Shown piece after piece: positions 1 through 17,014 of a DNA stretch of 64,000 bases (positions are counted from its first letter, which is position 1; every line of letters begins with the position of its first letter). The stretch lies in the NCBI GenBank assembly GCA_010909165.1, contig VJWM01000044.1, positions 992,001 through 1,056,000 of the forward strand, given 5' to 3'. The translations under genes and the position numbers were made by a program. Below the pieces are notes generated by a model. That model was not told the DNA's origin. It saw only the letters and a program-made list of their open reading frames with translations, and ran no database searches. Source of the stretch: Anthoceros angustus. Taxonomy: Eukaryota; Plantae; Anthocerotophyta.

Positions 1-299
1 GTCAATTCTATCCTGCACCTTTCTCCGGAGCTCAATATACTTGGGAAGGTATCAGCTTTTGGCACCATATAGTGTCTTATATTTTCTGGCCTTCACTTCT
101 CTTTGCATGTGGTAATCTGTGGGTTCTTTTGCTTGGTCAGCATTACTGGCGGAATCCTGCTAGTGGCAGCACTGTGGGCTTTAAGTTCGGGTCAACACGA
201 CACACAAACTGAGTTACTACAGGCATCCATTCGACGAGAACCATCATATATCACCGATCCCTTGATCCAGGTGGTATATCAGAAAAAAGTTCCGCGTTC

Positions 300-560
300 A
301 TCTGCCCCTCATGCGTGGTCCTTGTCCCGAGAGGACTAATGTGTTCAAAAGGTTACATCATGAATTGCCATGTCCCTCTATCCTGGAATCAGGGGATGGG
401 TCAACTCTGCTGTCTCGTACACGGCAGGAGTTGTCAAAGTTGGGGTATCTAGTTTTGCACATTAGCTGAGCAACCCGTATTCCTGTCCAACAAGCTTTCA
501 GTTGTTGCGGCCTGAAAAGTCTGCCACATCAGCATGGACTACAGTATGTGACAATGTTAA
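300..560 (+). mobile_element. Highly degenerate Ty3/Gypsy integrase remnant
   Basis: One + frame reads VLVPRGL...CH...RSCQS...HISMD with stops, in the order expected for an integrase zinc-binding region followed by the ISMD core motif. A WKG word near 885 and a purine run AGGGGGAGG at 1049-1057 are weak chromodomain and PPT hints. Judged by eye only. Confidence 0.3.
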
Positions 561-1213
561 AGTGAGAGGGAACTCAGTAGGAGATATGTTGCAATGGTGA
601 TGAGGGTCTCTTATGCCTCGTAGTGATGTATCTCAACGTGGGATCGTAAAGAATCTGACGAGTATACTGGCTTTTGTGCCAGCCTGAATCTTGATTGTGT
701 TGTTGGTTTGTCTGGCTGGTTGATGACTGCAGGACGATATATCACTCCTTGCATCAGGGATGGGCTCCTCCAGAGCTGGCAGCCAACCAACCTGAACCTG
801 AGTGATCAGGGCTCCACCTTAGCAGATACATCTCAAGAAGGGGCTAGACGCTTTGTCTCGGTAAGGCTGCTGGATGAACCCGACTGGAAGGGTCCAGACA
901 GGGGCAAGCTCCCCCAGAGCTGATAGCCCGTACAGCCCTGAACTTGAAAGGCAGAATGACCATGGTTCCTCCTCCCCAGTTGCTCATCAAGAGGACGAGG
1001 CTAGGGGCTTTATGTTGAAAGACAAAAGTGGAAGGACACTACCATACCAGGGGGAGGCATTACTCTGTTCGATGAAGGAGATGAGACAGGTGGGCTATGG
1101 TGGCCCGCGACGGTTTTGCCCAAATTCCTTGTGTATGTGGCTGGTGGTCTCATCTCAGTGTCTGGCCTCATGGAAGAACGTAGTTTTGTTCCTCTCTTTC
1201 GCTTGTAGTGTCA

Positions 1214-1493
1214 TGTAAGACACGCACGCCTTCCATGGACACGTCCCGTCCTGACTGCGTTTTGTTCGATGTCAGTGGAGACGCTTTCCGTGTGAATGAA
1301 CAAGGTCTCGGTTCTCGGTCTAGCCCCGTTTTGAGAGCTTTTTGTTGGGCCCAGCTGTGTATTTTGTTTCCAGACTTGGTTCGTGTTTTGGTGAGGCTCG
1401 TGTTTTGCAGCTGCAGAGTCCACCCAAGTCTACCACGTCGTCTGGTTGCCGAGTCGCACGCTGAGGCTTTTTGGGAGAAGCGTGCGTGTCACA
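1214..1493. mobile_element. 280-bp LTR-like or MITE-like module with TG...CA ends and inverted termini
   Basis: Left end TGTAAGACACGCACGCCTTC; the right end reverse-complements to TGTGACACGCACGCTTC. No matching 5-bp target duplication and no second copy in the window. Confidence 0.45.
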
Positions 1494-2928
1494 TAGTTGG
1501 AGCTTGAAGGTCTATCGTGCACATTGCGGCTTCCTTGGTCGGGATCACGAGCGCACGCTAAGAAGCGTCAGATGGAACCGCGCTTCCACAGAGGTGTGTA
1601 ATCAAACCTGTTCTTGCTTACCGCAATTGCTGTGGTGCTGCTATCCTGGTAGTCTGCAAGGAGGCCGCCATCAGAGTTCCCAATTTGACTGTCGAGTCGG
1701 CGGTGCTGGTCGGTGGAATCCTATGCCGTCTCAAGGCCGTCTTCAGCAGGCAATTCGTCTGCAGAGGTAGGATGCTTAGAGTGCTGCTTACAGAGTAGGA
1801 TTGGATTGTTTAGAGTGCTGCTCATGGAGTAGGATGAGCAAATCCATTGTGATGCTGTGCTGACATGTTGCTCAATTCCTGACCTAGGAAGGAAATGGGG
1901 AATTGGTTCTCAGACCTAATCAAGCTCTACAGAGGCTGAGGGACCTGCTGGTCATCTCCAGCAGACAAATGAGACATAATCTGGGTTGGGGTAAACTCGT
2001 GTCATGCTCGAGGCTATGAACCTGCCAGTGCCGTGATTTGTGCAAATTTATCACTTTAGTATTGCGACTCGTCTCTCATAGGCCTTCGCTCTCGTACTCT
2101 TCCCTCAGATCCAGACTGTTCAGAGCGTTGAACGGCGTGGAGATGGTCATGTCAATGTGGTGTACATATAAAGATGAGGCCAGCTTGCCTGGAAGGCGGT
2201 CACCCTTTGATGTGATAGTGTGCACATGCATACAGTGTGCGTCCACGAAACGAGGCCGGGCAGGGTACTTTTGTCTCTCGGGGGTGTTCCGGCACTGGCG
2301 CCGCTGGAGGCAGCACCTACATAGACTGTTACGATGATGATCCATGACGAGACGTGAGAGATGCTCCGGTAGTACATTCGAGCAGGAGGCTGGCTGGCCG
2401 GCCAGCCAGCCTTGCCCTGCTCCGCTGTGGAATCAAGCTTTGCATCTGACCCTTCCCTTTCCGGCAACACAAGACCTAGATCACCCCCAGACTCCTTACA
2501 CACATATACAAACATGCTTAAACGCTGGCCCCGGCTTCGTCGTGGCAGATTCATGTCACCACGTGTACTATGTCGCAGCACCGTTGGTAGTGATAAGAAT
2601 TAGCCGCTGGTAGTGACTACAGTCAGCAGGATCGGCTCAGCGCGGGCACATGCAAGCATCAATGAAGCGGCACTGGACTGTGCGGGGACTCGGAGCCTTG
2701 CCTGCATGTCACCGCAATACACTAAGTAAAATATCGGTCTGACACACCATCGAGCTGCTGCAGCCCGTGCTTTGACTGGCGTTCAATACTCCATCAGCTA
2801 TTGCTCTGCTGAAATGCAGTGTCGTGACCTGTTGCAACATATTGGAGTCGTACCTCGAGTCTCGACTCTCTCGAAGCTTACTAGACGTGCTTACCTTGTC
2901 CTAGCCGCCCGACGATGGAAAGACCAGA

Positions 2929-3490
2929 CAAACCCTAATCTACAAGCAGCAGAGTCCCGAGGCTCGGACACGCTCTGGGATTCGAGATTGCGAAAGAAAT
3001 TGGCAAAGCTCGGGCACAGGAGCAGATGATCGAACTCTCACATGCACGCACGCAGAGCAGCGAGGCGGCCGGGCGTCGTTGGAACGAGAGGGAGAGGAGA
3101 CGCCACATCGCGTGGCCGTAAGGCAGGCGGGTTTGAGACGCGTGATACGCGCGCACGCCATGGCTGGCGAGAGGAAGGAGACGGACCGAATTGTACATTA
3201 TCCACATGTCCCAGTGAGCGAAAACGGGCAGGGCAGTGAAACGGAAGGGCAGACGTTTCGGGGCCCGGCGGTCGTGACCGCCACGTGGGCGGGGACCGGG
3301 GCGGGCGACCGGTACCCGGCGTTTTAGCCCTAGACCGGCCTGGGCCCGAGGCGGGGCAAGGGGCGAGCCTGAGGGGCGAGGCGAGCAGCCAGCTCCGTCT
3401 CCTCTCCCATTCCATCCCATTCATTTCATTGCCTTCCCTCCCCTTCCCTTTCCTTCTCTTCCTTTTTTCCCTTCCCCTTCCCCTTCCCTA
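2929..3490 (+). promoter_or_regulatory. Putative CK1 promoter/leader: telo-box and long pyrimidine tract
   Basis: AAACCCTAAT at about 2929-2938, a GC-rich segment, then a near-pure C/T tract at about 3395-3490 upstream of the CK1 ATG. Confidence 0.35.
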
Positions 3491-4141
3491 GCTGTGTGCT
3501 TGTTGTTGCTCCTGGTTGCTGGCCGGGCGTGGCCCGGTGTCGTCGTCCTCTTGCCCTTCCCTCTCCCGTCGCCTGGCCCTTCCTTCCCTCCCTTTGCTGC
3601 TCCTGCAACGGCACGGTGCCCACGCCAAGTGCTCAGATCTGCGCAGGTGCGGCCGGGGTGCTGCGGCTCGCTTTGCTCACTCGCATCCCGGCGCCAGGCC
3701 CAGCCCGCCTGCGGTTGCGGATACCGGGAGCGGGCGCGATGGTGCACGCCATGGCCGGCGCCATGGGCTAAGCGCGGCGGGTGCCACCAGGGGACTGGAG
3801 CTGCTGCCGCTGCCGGGCCGCTCGTTGCTGCGGGGCGGGGACAGGATTGACATGCGCCACGGCCTTCCGTGCCGGATCTTGTCTCGCTTCCGGGCCGGAC
3901 GCTCGATTGGGTCGCGGGGCTGCCACGGCGGTGCGCAATTGCGGGACACAGGTTTTGCTGCCGCCGCCGGACGCGGGTGCCTGCTCCTGCGTGCATGTAG
4001 AGCTGAGTAGGGGATTCCAGGGCTGTGTGGTGCGCCGACCCGGGCTCGGGCTCGGGCTTGTGTGCCGTGTTTGTGCCTGTGTGTGCGCGTGCGTGCTCCG
4101 AGATCTCAAGAGTGAGGGTTGGTTTTTCGGCAGGAGGTTAA

Positions 4142-7683
<3,542 letters not shown>

Positions 7684-9658
7684 GTAGGTTTGCTAGAATG
7701 ATGGCCTTGGTGCCTTCCTAGGGTTGAGCTGGTAGATGACCTGGTGCCTCGGCATGGGTCAGATACGAGGATCACTGCAAGATTTTTTACCTCGTGTTTG
7801 TTCTTTCCGGGTAAATGGAATCTGTCTCAATCTGGTAGTCTTTTCCTTCTCCAGTCTTTTTTCCAGTGAGTTGAGTTGGAGTGAGAAGGGGAGAGTGGGC
7901 TGGGTGGGTGGGTGTGTGGGGTTGAGAGGGTCAGTGTTGCTTCTTTGATTCGCATTGTGAAGACAAATCAAAGAAGTCAGTAGGCTGAGTTGAGTTGTCT
8001 TATCCTAGTGTTCTTAGAGTAGGCCCTCTGGTCTGCTTCAGCTGCAGGTTGTACATCTGGAATGTCCTGCATCAACTTAGAGCGTGTGCTCATCTCTGGG
8101 CCCTTCGGTGGGTGCAGGGTCGAGACGTGTATGGTGGAAACACTGGCAGGAATCCTAGCTCCTCCAGGACATCAAAAGAGTGAGCATGTTGGAGGGAGAA
8201 GGGCATTTTATTCTGGTTTCTACTTATCAATCGCCTCCCATCTCTGTATTATTTGTTGCTTTTGATTTGTTAATTGTTGACTGGACGGTAGTGATGTAAG
8301 AAGGTTATCTGAGCAATACAGTAGCTAGCAAGAGGTTCAGCGATGGGTCTGCGTAGGTGATCCACGGGAGGGAACAATACTCTCTTCCGTGCAAGACGTT
8401 TTTGTTAAGTTCATAGAGCCAGCCTCCCCTCTAATTCCTGGAGGCAAGTTACGTAGCTGTCCTCTAATGAGGATGGTGCTTTGATGATTTTTATCTGGTG
8501 ATGGCTGGGGCTACAATTTCATGGTTACTGTTGGACAAGCTTGTGACATCTTGGGTTCAGCATTCTGTGTGGTGAGCAAGTTTAGGTCTGCAGACTCACA
8601 ATGTCATGAGTCTTCCTGTATGTGTGCAGGGGAGGAATATCTTCCTAAAATGAATGTTCGAAGCATTAGCATTGGAGGAACCCAGGAAACAAAGTATACA
8701 AGTGTACTGGGGTCCTTTATACTCCTTTCTTGGAAGAGTCGCTTAGGTCCCTGGTGTTCTAGCTTACTGCAAACCATTCTGATTAGGACCACCTTTTCAG
8801 GCCCCAGAGGTCTATTCAGTGGGGGATACTGGTAGAATGCAGGAGCTCGGATAGGAGGAAGTGCGTCAGCTAGTAGTTAGGCTCAGGTTACAAGTCCAGT
8901 TCTGAAGATGGCAAAAGGCGAACGTTGAGCTAAGCATGGCTTTCTCTGCTTGGAACTGGAATTGAGCAAAAGCTCTGATATGCACATGCAGTTCTTGCGT
9001 GTTCTTGTACTGTCACAGGTTACCTCCTTTTCTTGGAGAGACCTATCAGCGGATGTAGAGTGACATACAGACTCGTCTGTCTGCAGCAACTTTATGTTGG
9101 CTGACTTAACAGTGGGTCATACATTTGCACCAGGCTGCTGCCACCCCTTTCTTGCTTGAATCTGGCGGTACTTTTTGTGTGGCTAGCCGGCACGAGAGTT
9201 TGCAGCAGCAAGATTTTGATTGTTTGCGCACTTGTGTCCATTTCGGGTGCTGTACTATGACACTGTTGTCTATGAGGAGGAAGCACCATTCAGAGAAATG
9301 AGGAGACAAAATTCAAGGACATGTTGCTGAATTGCTTTACTGAGTTTGATTATTAACATCTCCTGGTTGCTTGTTCAAAAATTGGATTTGTGGGTAAAGA
9401 TTGTGCGTGGACTGTGTTGCGTCCAGATGGTCGCCCCGGCAGAAGCCCCTACCGAAGTCAATGAAATCACCGAGACATCACGAGCGTCAATGTACCGGAG
9501 GAAGGCTTCCATCTCTGCGAAGTAAGACCGAATTCCCAGCGGTTTAAGCAAGATGAAGGCTACCGTGCAGATGTGTTGTTGGATGAATAGGCTCAGAAGA
9601 TGGCAATCACCCTCTTGTGAGACTCCCATTGATAGTAGCATGCAGGTGTGCTGAGCTC

Positions 9659-10792
9659 TCAGTCATCCTCTGTGTACATGACGTGGTGCCATTTCTGGCT
9701 ATGGACTGCCTCCCGGTTATTGTGCCTAACCCTAGTCTGCGCTTTCCCGGCGAGGATGTTGTCTCTTCTGCACCAAGACCTGTTCTTCCTCACCACCACA
9801 GTGGCTTCTTCCGGCACCACTTCAGGCTCCAATATTTGCTTGTGCTGCCTGGGTTTCTTAGTAGTAATCGATGTCGACTTTTTGACTGGCCCCTCTTTTT
9901 TCTCCTTGCTCTCCCTTGGTATGAAATTGAAGACATGGTGCAGCAATCTGTTCTCCTGCATGTGGCGCTCTAGTCCAGCCCCCAAGAACGATTTCAGGAA
10001 ATTGAATTGCAGTACCTGGCTCCATGTCTCCATTGTCACAATGTCCCCATGCCGGAGCGTAAACTGCATCGCCGTCTGAGGCACAGTTTTTACATCCTCG
10101 GCCATTTCTACTGCAGCAGGTGAGGCGTCCGCGAAGATGGCCGAAGCATGGCCCGCGGCTGTGCGCACAACGTCCGACGTCCCTTCAGCCATGGAAATCA
10201 ATTCCTGCAACCGCAGCTCTACATGGTGGGCAATCCGGTGTGGAGCCAGAGTGGTGACCAGTAGCCACCAGGCCGTCACGGCAGACGCCGTGATCTCGTC
10301 ACTCTTCGAATCCTTGACATTCCAAAGCACGTCGAGCAAGGACACCTCTCCGGCTTCAATATCGAATTCCTCTGTATGCATTCCGGCGAACGCCAGGACA
10401 GCCATCGACTGGATTGCCGCCATCTGAACGATTCCATTACCATGCTCCTGGGCCCGTGCCAGCAAATGGCTTGTTGCCCTTTTAGTGAGCTCGTCCAACC
10501 CTAGGTTGGTTTCCTCCGCCATGGTCAAGGCCAGCAGTCCCAGCGCCCTGGCAGCCAAAGATAGCTCAATGGATCCCGCCGTTTGCCGCTCCAGGCTACC
10601 TACACACCTGCTGATGAGAGCCTGGTGGTGCATCCGCACGAATGCCTTCATCTGTTTCCTGTTGAAGGCTCCAATTATTCCTCGCAATCCCGTTTCCCTT
10701 CTGCCTGCTCTGTCGTCTACTAGAGCCTCCAGCAGCGATTCCTCCTTGGAATAGTTGCAACAGCTGCTGCTGCTGCTGCTGCTGGCATCCAT
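9659..10792 (-). CDS. IFRD: Interferon-related developmental regulator (IFRD/SAT32-like) protein, intronless and divergent
   Basis: Uninterrupted ORF with LAARALGLLALT and the IFRD C-terminal motif TWSQVLQFNFLKSFLGAGLERHMQENRLLHHVFNF. ATG at 10792 (MDASSS); an in-frame ATG at 11002 could add 70 aa. A CTG-type triplet run at about 10762-10783 encodes poly-Ser. Confidence 0.8.
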   Translation of the reverse strand: MDASSSSSSSCCNYSKEESLLEALVDDRAGRRETGLRGIIGAFNRKQMKAFVRMHHQALISRCVGSLERQTAGSIELSLAARALGLLALTMAEETNLGLDELTKRATSHLLARAQEHGNGIVQMAAIQSMAVLAFAGMHTEEFDIEAGEVSLLDVLWNVKDSKSDEITASAVTAWWLLVTTLAPHRIAHHVELRLQELISMAEGTSDVVRTAAGHASAIFADASPAAVEMAEDVKTVPQTAMQFTLRHGDIVTMETWSQVLQFNFLKSFLGAGLERHMQENRLLHHVFNFIPRESKEKKEGPVKKSTSITTKKPRQHKQILEPEVVPEEATVVVRKNRSWCRRDNILAGKAQTRVRHNNREAVHSQKWHHVMYTEDD

Positions 10793-13700
10793 CTCGGCAG
10801 TGGATGGTGTCGTGAAGTAGCCTCTGCAGTGGGAGCTTCGGTTGCCCACAGCCATTCCTAAAGGCCTCCCTTTCCTTACACAACCACAAGATTGACATAT
10901 GGTAGCATCCCATGTGCACATACCTACATATATAGTGTCTGGTGCTGCATGTAATTTACAATCATCATATTGGTCTTGCTTACCTATGATGCCTATGTCC
11001 ATGTAGGTAGGTTTTTGTGTTCCTATTCTAGCCAAGAAGATCTCTTCTTATAGAGAAGATATTTTTATAGTAATATAATTATAATATATTTATATAATCT
11101 TGTAAACTTAACTAGGTATATAAAGAAGATATTATTATAATAAAATAATTATAATATATTTACAATATGGAATATCCCGATCTCGGCCAGAAGCCCTTTA
11201 GGGTTTTTCCATTGTGACCAAAGAAGTTTTCTCCGATACGGCGGAAAACTTCCTGCTACACACTTGACGACTTCCACGCTTGCTACCGCCTCGTGTCCCG
11301 ATCTCGCTACTAAGCATGTGGCTGTCGAATCTTTTGTGGTTGTGACACACAATGTTTTGGGTCAGGAGGGCAGCCGCCGGACATCCATTCGTTTGCCATC
11401 GACACCGCTACCGTGGCTTTATGGGAGATAGCGTGAAAAGTTCAGATGCCTTCGCAGTATTACAAGGACAGCGTGCGCCATTAACGCGCTACCGGGTTAT
11501 CGCAGCCATCCAGCGCCGTGGCAGACAAGGCCAGCCATAGTGCCTCGCGCAAGCGCACACCATCTTCACAACCAGCCTTTACATTCCACCACAACAAAGC
11601 CACCACCGGGCTCAACTCTCAAAACGCTAACAAACAAATCCAAATTGTCACCGCCCTGTGATGGGAGAAACCGCATCCCTGTGTCATGGTGAGCGACAAA
11701 ACACTTTTCTCGCCCACACTAGCTCCCAAGGGCTGCCACACGCCACACTCACACCTCGTGCACCATAGACCGCAGCAGGTGATGGCTGCCCACGCCCACG
11801 GGTGGCTTCAGCCTCCCACCGTGGTGGAGGTATTCGGCACGTGCCCTCGGCTCCCGCACTGCAGAGTGTTGTTAGTGCCATGTGCAGCCGATACATGTCC
11901 GGGAGGAAGTCCATGTCCCGCAATCCCTTTGCATATGCATTGTCCTCGCCATCCGCAGCCTGCACAACCCACAAAGAAGGGCCCATACGATTCGGGCCTC
12001 GTGGTTATGCGCGATGCCTCCCCGCCTCCACAATGTCAGAACTCATGACAAAAAATGGACATGCGCAGCTTGCTCACCCCGCACAATTTATGTCACCGAG
12101 TGGTGGCATCTCGGGGCCACGTTTTGTGCATACCGAGGGCCACCCACATCGAACTCCTCGCCATCGCCCCTCCTCACCCTATATGCGGTGGTCGCACCCA
12201 CCCTTGTAGTCGACCTTCTTCTTGAATGCGATACAGTGCACATGGCCCCGCCGGCTGCCCCGATCTTCCGCACCGTGTGCCTATTCCATACCGCCCAACG
12301 CCGAGCTCCTCATCGGCATGAAGGTCACGTGAATGGATGTGCTGTGGTGATGTCCAGCTCCTCACCATATCCATCATGTACCCTTGTAGAGGAATGCCCA
12401 CTTTCTCCCAAGGACCGCCAAATGCTCAATCCTCGCAACAATCCGCATCGACTTCACCAGTCATCCGCATAAGGAAAACGACAACCTCCTAACTTTTACC
12501 GTTGTGCAGAGGGGCCATGGATGAAGTTGCTTCCATGTGCCCTTGGCCTCGCCTCATATCCGCCTATTAGGTTGTGCTCACTGAGTCCGACCGAACTACG
12601 GATGCCCAAACTTCCTCACCGCCCATAGGCGTTGAAAATCGCTGCCTTGTTATCCTCGACCAACTGGGACGAATGGGTTGCCCCATCTATGGCCCTGCAC
12701 TCAAGTAGAATTGGTACATCTTGTCATAAGTCAGACAAGGCAACCATGCAGCTGCTGATTGCGCCACAACTCCCAATCACTTCCCTCGAACGCCTCCGCG
12801 AACATCGCAGGCCTCCTCTCACGCACTTACAATCCATATGCCACATGTACATGGGTGTCGACAGGTCTGGACGCGGATGCTGCATCGTGCGTGCCATGTG
12901 CTCCGGCCATCAAACGCAGCCTCCGTACTCGCCTCCTTGGGATTTCGATTCCATCCACAGCCTGCACGATCGTGATTCCAATACGCTTCACGTGCCGGTG
13001 ATGGTGTGTGCAGGCACACCTCCTCCACGGACAACCTCCCATACACCCATGCGGTGCCGGCGTGGAGCCTCACTGCCACTCAAGCCGCAGCCTTAGCTCC
13101 GCTAGGCCTTTCAATGGTCTCCCCGCTGCAAGTGCCGCACCAAATCATACACATGCTATGAAGGCACCCCGGCCTCCTATGCATCCTTCATCTCCACCTT
13201 CCAGCCCTCATCCCCACTCCCTCGCACGAGAATTGCCTCAAGTTTTCACCGTCTCGATGATGATGGGCTTCCGCCATGACCTCCGAAGCCGGCGCGCACC
13301 GCCCACCATCTTCCTCCTTCGTCTGCCTGGAAGGCCGCACCGGCCCATGGGCACCCTTCACGCTTTTTGCCCCACGTGATGGCCAAGGTGGAGACTTCGG
13401 TGGCCTCAACACCTCGCACGCGCGCCTACTTCAAAGGGAGCGCTTTTTCTGCCCATGCGCCTTCCTCCCGCTCAAACCCCAAATGCACCTCTCGAACATG
13501 TACCGATTTCGATCCTCCTAACACTTTCCGCCCGAGTAATGGCATGTCCGCAGCCAAGGGTTTCGTGACAAAGGGACGGCTCGATCACCGTTAGCGTATG
13601 CCCACTCCGATTTTTGTTCCACGGACGGTCCGCCAAGCGCTTGCACGGGGTTCACACATGAGTGATCCGCAGAGGTAGATCGCACAAGAAGTTCGAAAGC

Positions 13701-16700
13701 GCCCGTAGCTATCACGGTTTTCGCTTCGATTTCATTCATTGTTTGAAGTGCAACAAGTGCACTCCAGAACACTTCCAAACCAGACGCACCAAACACCGTG
13801 TCCGTATGTGAACAATCTAGAATGGGCCGCTCGCCGCAGCAAACACACTTGCCCTCGCATACAGCCATCGACAATTAGCGATGGCCCGCCTCTCCTCGCT
13901 TCACTCTTCAGCCGCCGCCGCAAACCCGGCAAATGACAGTAACCCGCCGCTTACCTCAATGCGGGTTCCAGACGGTCCTCACAACAAAAGGCATGGGATC
14001 TTCCATCGAGCGCATCCTGCGACCCCCATTGTGTGGCATGCCCCGATAATCGTCACATGCTTCCAGTTTGGAATACTCGCTCGATTCAAGTCCATGTAAC
14101 ATATGAAATGCTCCGTCTAGGTACACGAACGGCAATGACCGCGCCCACAAAAATTGTGTTGATCCAACTCCGGGAGGATGCTCAATGTCCCAACCGCCGA
14201 CAAACGAGCCTCACCGCATGTTCCAATGCCGCCGGGTCTGGCCCACAGCACATGTGACGCCGGTCCCATTCCGCCCAACCGCCTCACCACTAGCTTCCAA
14301 CTCCACTTCTCCGATTGCGTAACATCCATCGCTATCATCCCTCCACTGCGACCATAGGGTGCCATCCAACCCGCTTCCTCCACTTTCGAACGACGGTGAT
14401 TGCCGAAAAAGGCCCTTCGCCACAAAACTCCCACAGTAAGCCTCCATTGACTTCTCACAGAGCATGGTCACACCGCTCCTATCTCGATGGTCGCACGCAG
14501 ATTGCAATCGGCTCTTCGAATTGCATCCACAACGGCACCAACGTGCCATGCCGGCGCTGCCCAAAGATTCCGTGCCATGCATGACACCGCCACCGAGGCA
14601 CCTTCGCCCACCTCCAACCTGACCTCAATGGTCACCGCCCTCTCCACACAAAATGAAATCTTTGTGCATTGGACAATGCCGAACCTCCAATACCATGAGT
14701 ACCCATTTCCGACCAGATCGTGCCACACATTTCGCCTCCCCGCCATGGCTCGCATGCGGAGTCGGAGTGGATTTGCCGGGACTCCCACTCCCACACCGGC
14801 TCCACGCCCGAGCTTCCGCGAGCCACCGCCGCCCACGCCTCCGCGCCCCCGCCGTCCGCGCATGCGCCGATCGTCGTCGCATTGAGCCTTCCGGCGAGGA
14901 AGGCGGCGGCGCCTCGGGACGGCCACAACAAAACCGCCGCCCGATGACCACTCGCCACCGAACCTCCGGCCGCCGCAACATCGCCGCGCCGCCGGCCGAT
15001 CATGCCGCCCGCCGCCTTCCTCCACTTCGCCGACCGCGCTGCTCCGCCCGGCGCCGACCATCCACCGCCGCCTCGATCGCCCCCGCGCAGGACGACGCTG
15101 GCCCACGCCCACGCCTCGTGGCCGCAAACTCGAATGGATCATACCCACCACACAAGAGTTGTGAGGCTCAGACGCCGACCGCAAAGCTTACATTTCTGAC
15201 CGGAGGCCACATAGCCCCGCTGCACCGCCGCCAGGGCGGGCGAGTCAGACGCCTTCGAAAGCATTCAAGCATGGCCGTGGCAATGGAGACCGCCACTGTG
15301 CAATCCACCGCAATCAATAGCGAGGTTTGAGAATTCATGGCGACCCACGCAGATGCCAGATCGCGCACACGGGCCGAGCACCTGCCTCCACTTGTAGGTG
15401 CACCTCCACGAGATCGACGCCGAAACGCCTCCCAAGGTGGGTGCGCCAAGCTGATCCCGCCACCGCGCCGCAGCCACTCCACCTTCCGCTCGGACGATCA
15501 CGGGTTGTCCATGGCCTCTCCCACTCCTCTCCTCCGCTGCCGCCATGGCTCCTTCCTTCGGCCGCCGCCTCCCTCCTCCTCCATCGCCTCCCGCTTCAAC
15601 GCACCATCATGGCGGTGCATTGAATGTGCACGGAATCATAGGTATACTTGTACCCGGATCGGAGATCCCCACGCGCCCGCCTTTACGCCGCCTCCATTCG
15701 CATCCGCATCCGTCCGCAGCGCCGCAGGCGCGATGTTCCGCCACCGCACCTTCCGCCGCGCGTGTGCGATGCCATGTGTGCCACATGCGATTCTCGCCAC
15801 ACCGTGCATTTTCAGCAAACATTGAATGTGCAATCGCGCACGCATCGCACACCTTACAACGATCCGCAACTTAGCGGCGCTGCACCCATCGACGTGACCG
15901 CAGCCATCTGCAGCCCGCTCGAACCCTTACCGCTGTTGGCCGCTCACCATCGCCCGTGCTCCGCACCATCACGCCATTCCCAACCGCAACCAAGATTACA
16001 ATTTTGTGCCTTCACGGCACTTGGTCGCCCACCGCACTCGTGATCCTCGCCAAGTACTCAACATGGTTCTCCGTCACGGTTGATATCCCGGAACAACGCC
16101 CTGCCTTCTCATTCCATTCCATTTCTCCATACCGCACGAAATCAACCAATTCATAATACCTCATAGGCCACCTCTCCACGGTCGGGCACTCGCGTGCACT
16201 GGAAAACCAAATCCTAAGGTCGTCAGCTCGCAGCCTTTCCGGTACCTCTTCCATCCCGACGGCCCAACCGAACACTTGGTGCATGAAAATGTGGCACTCC
16301 ACCAGGCACTCGCAGTAATTTGTCCACCGCCACTCCATCCGGCCGCCCTCACGGCAGTGTGACGGCAAGTTTCTCCGGATAGCCCTCTATGCGCACACGG
16401 CTTTGATGGTCCTCCACAAATGCCAAGAACTGGACACCCCGAGTTGATGGGAACCATAGGCCACGCAGAATGTACTCGCGAGCTTTGCATCTCCCATTCC
16501 TCCCCGCCGCCTTCCACGCGCCCGCACAAGGCCGCGTTTCGCCACAGACGCAAACATGCGCATCCGCACCGTGATTTGCGCGTCATCTCATGGCTCCAGC
16601 CTACCATCACCGCCACCTTCCACTCTTCAAGCGCAACCGCCAGCCAGGGAACACACCAACCCACTGGGCCGCCGCCTCATCGCGATCTTGTGTTCCTCAT

Positions 16701-17014
16701 CCTCCACGCACGGCGTCGGGCGCGCCACCCTTCCACCCACGCCACGGCCGCGCCTTCCTTGCACGTACGCGCACCGCTTCCTTCCACCACCGCAACCGCC
16801 CCTTCCCATCGCCTTCTCCGACTTCATCACGAGCAAGACGATCCGGGTGCACCGCCGGCCCAAACCCCGACACTGCCGCGCACCCACTTCCCACTAACCT
16901 CCCTTTGGTGGCGTGCGCAGTAGCGCAAACCCCACGTCGCACACAACCTCCTTTTCATTTCAACCAATCCATCTTCTCAGTTTGATCGCACATACCCACC
17001 CATTTTCATTTCCC

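Noticed and set aside
7700-9640. Short ORFs between CK1 and IFRD
   Set aside because: All are under 120 aa with no recognisable motif; most likely UTR or intergenic sequence.
14400-16950. Many overlapping 100-240-aa ORFs
   Set aside because: They are Arg/Pro/Gly/Ala-rich products of high GC content on all six frames, with no convincing domain. The VERW...GEM word near 16.1 kb is too short to call a plant mobile domain.
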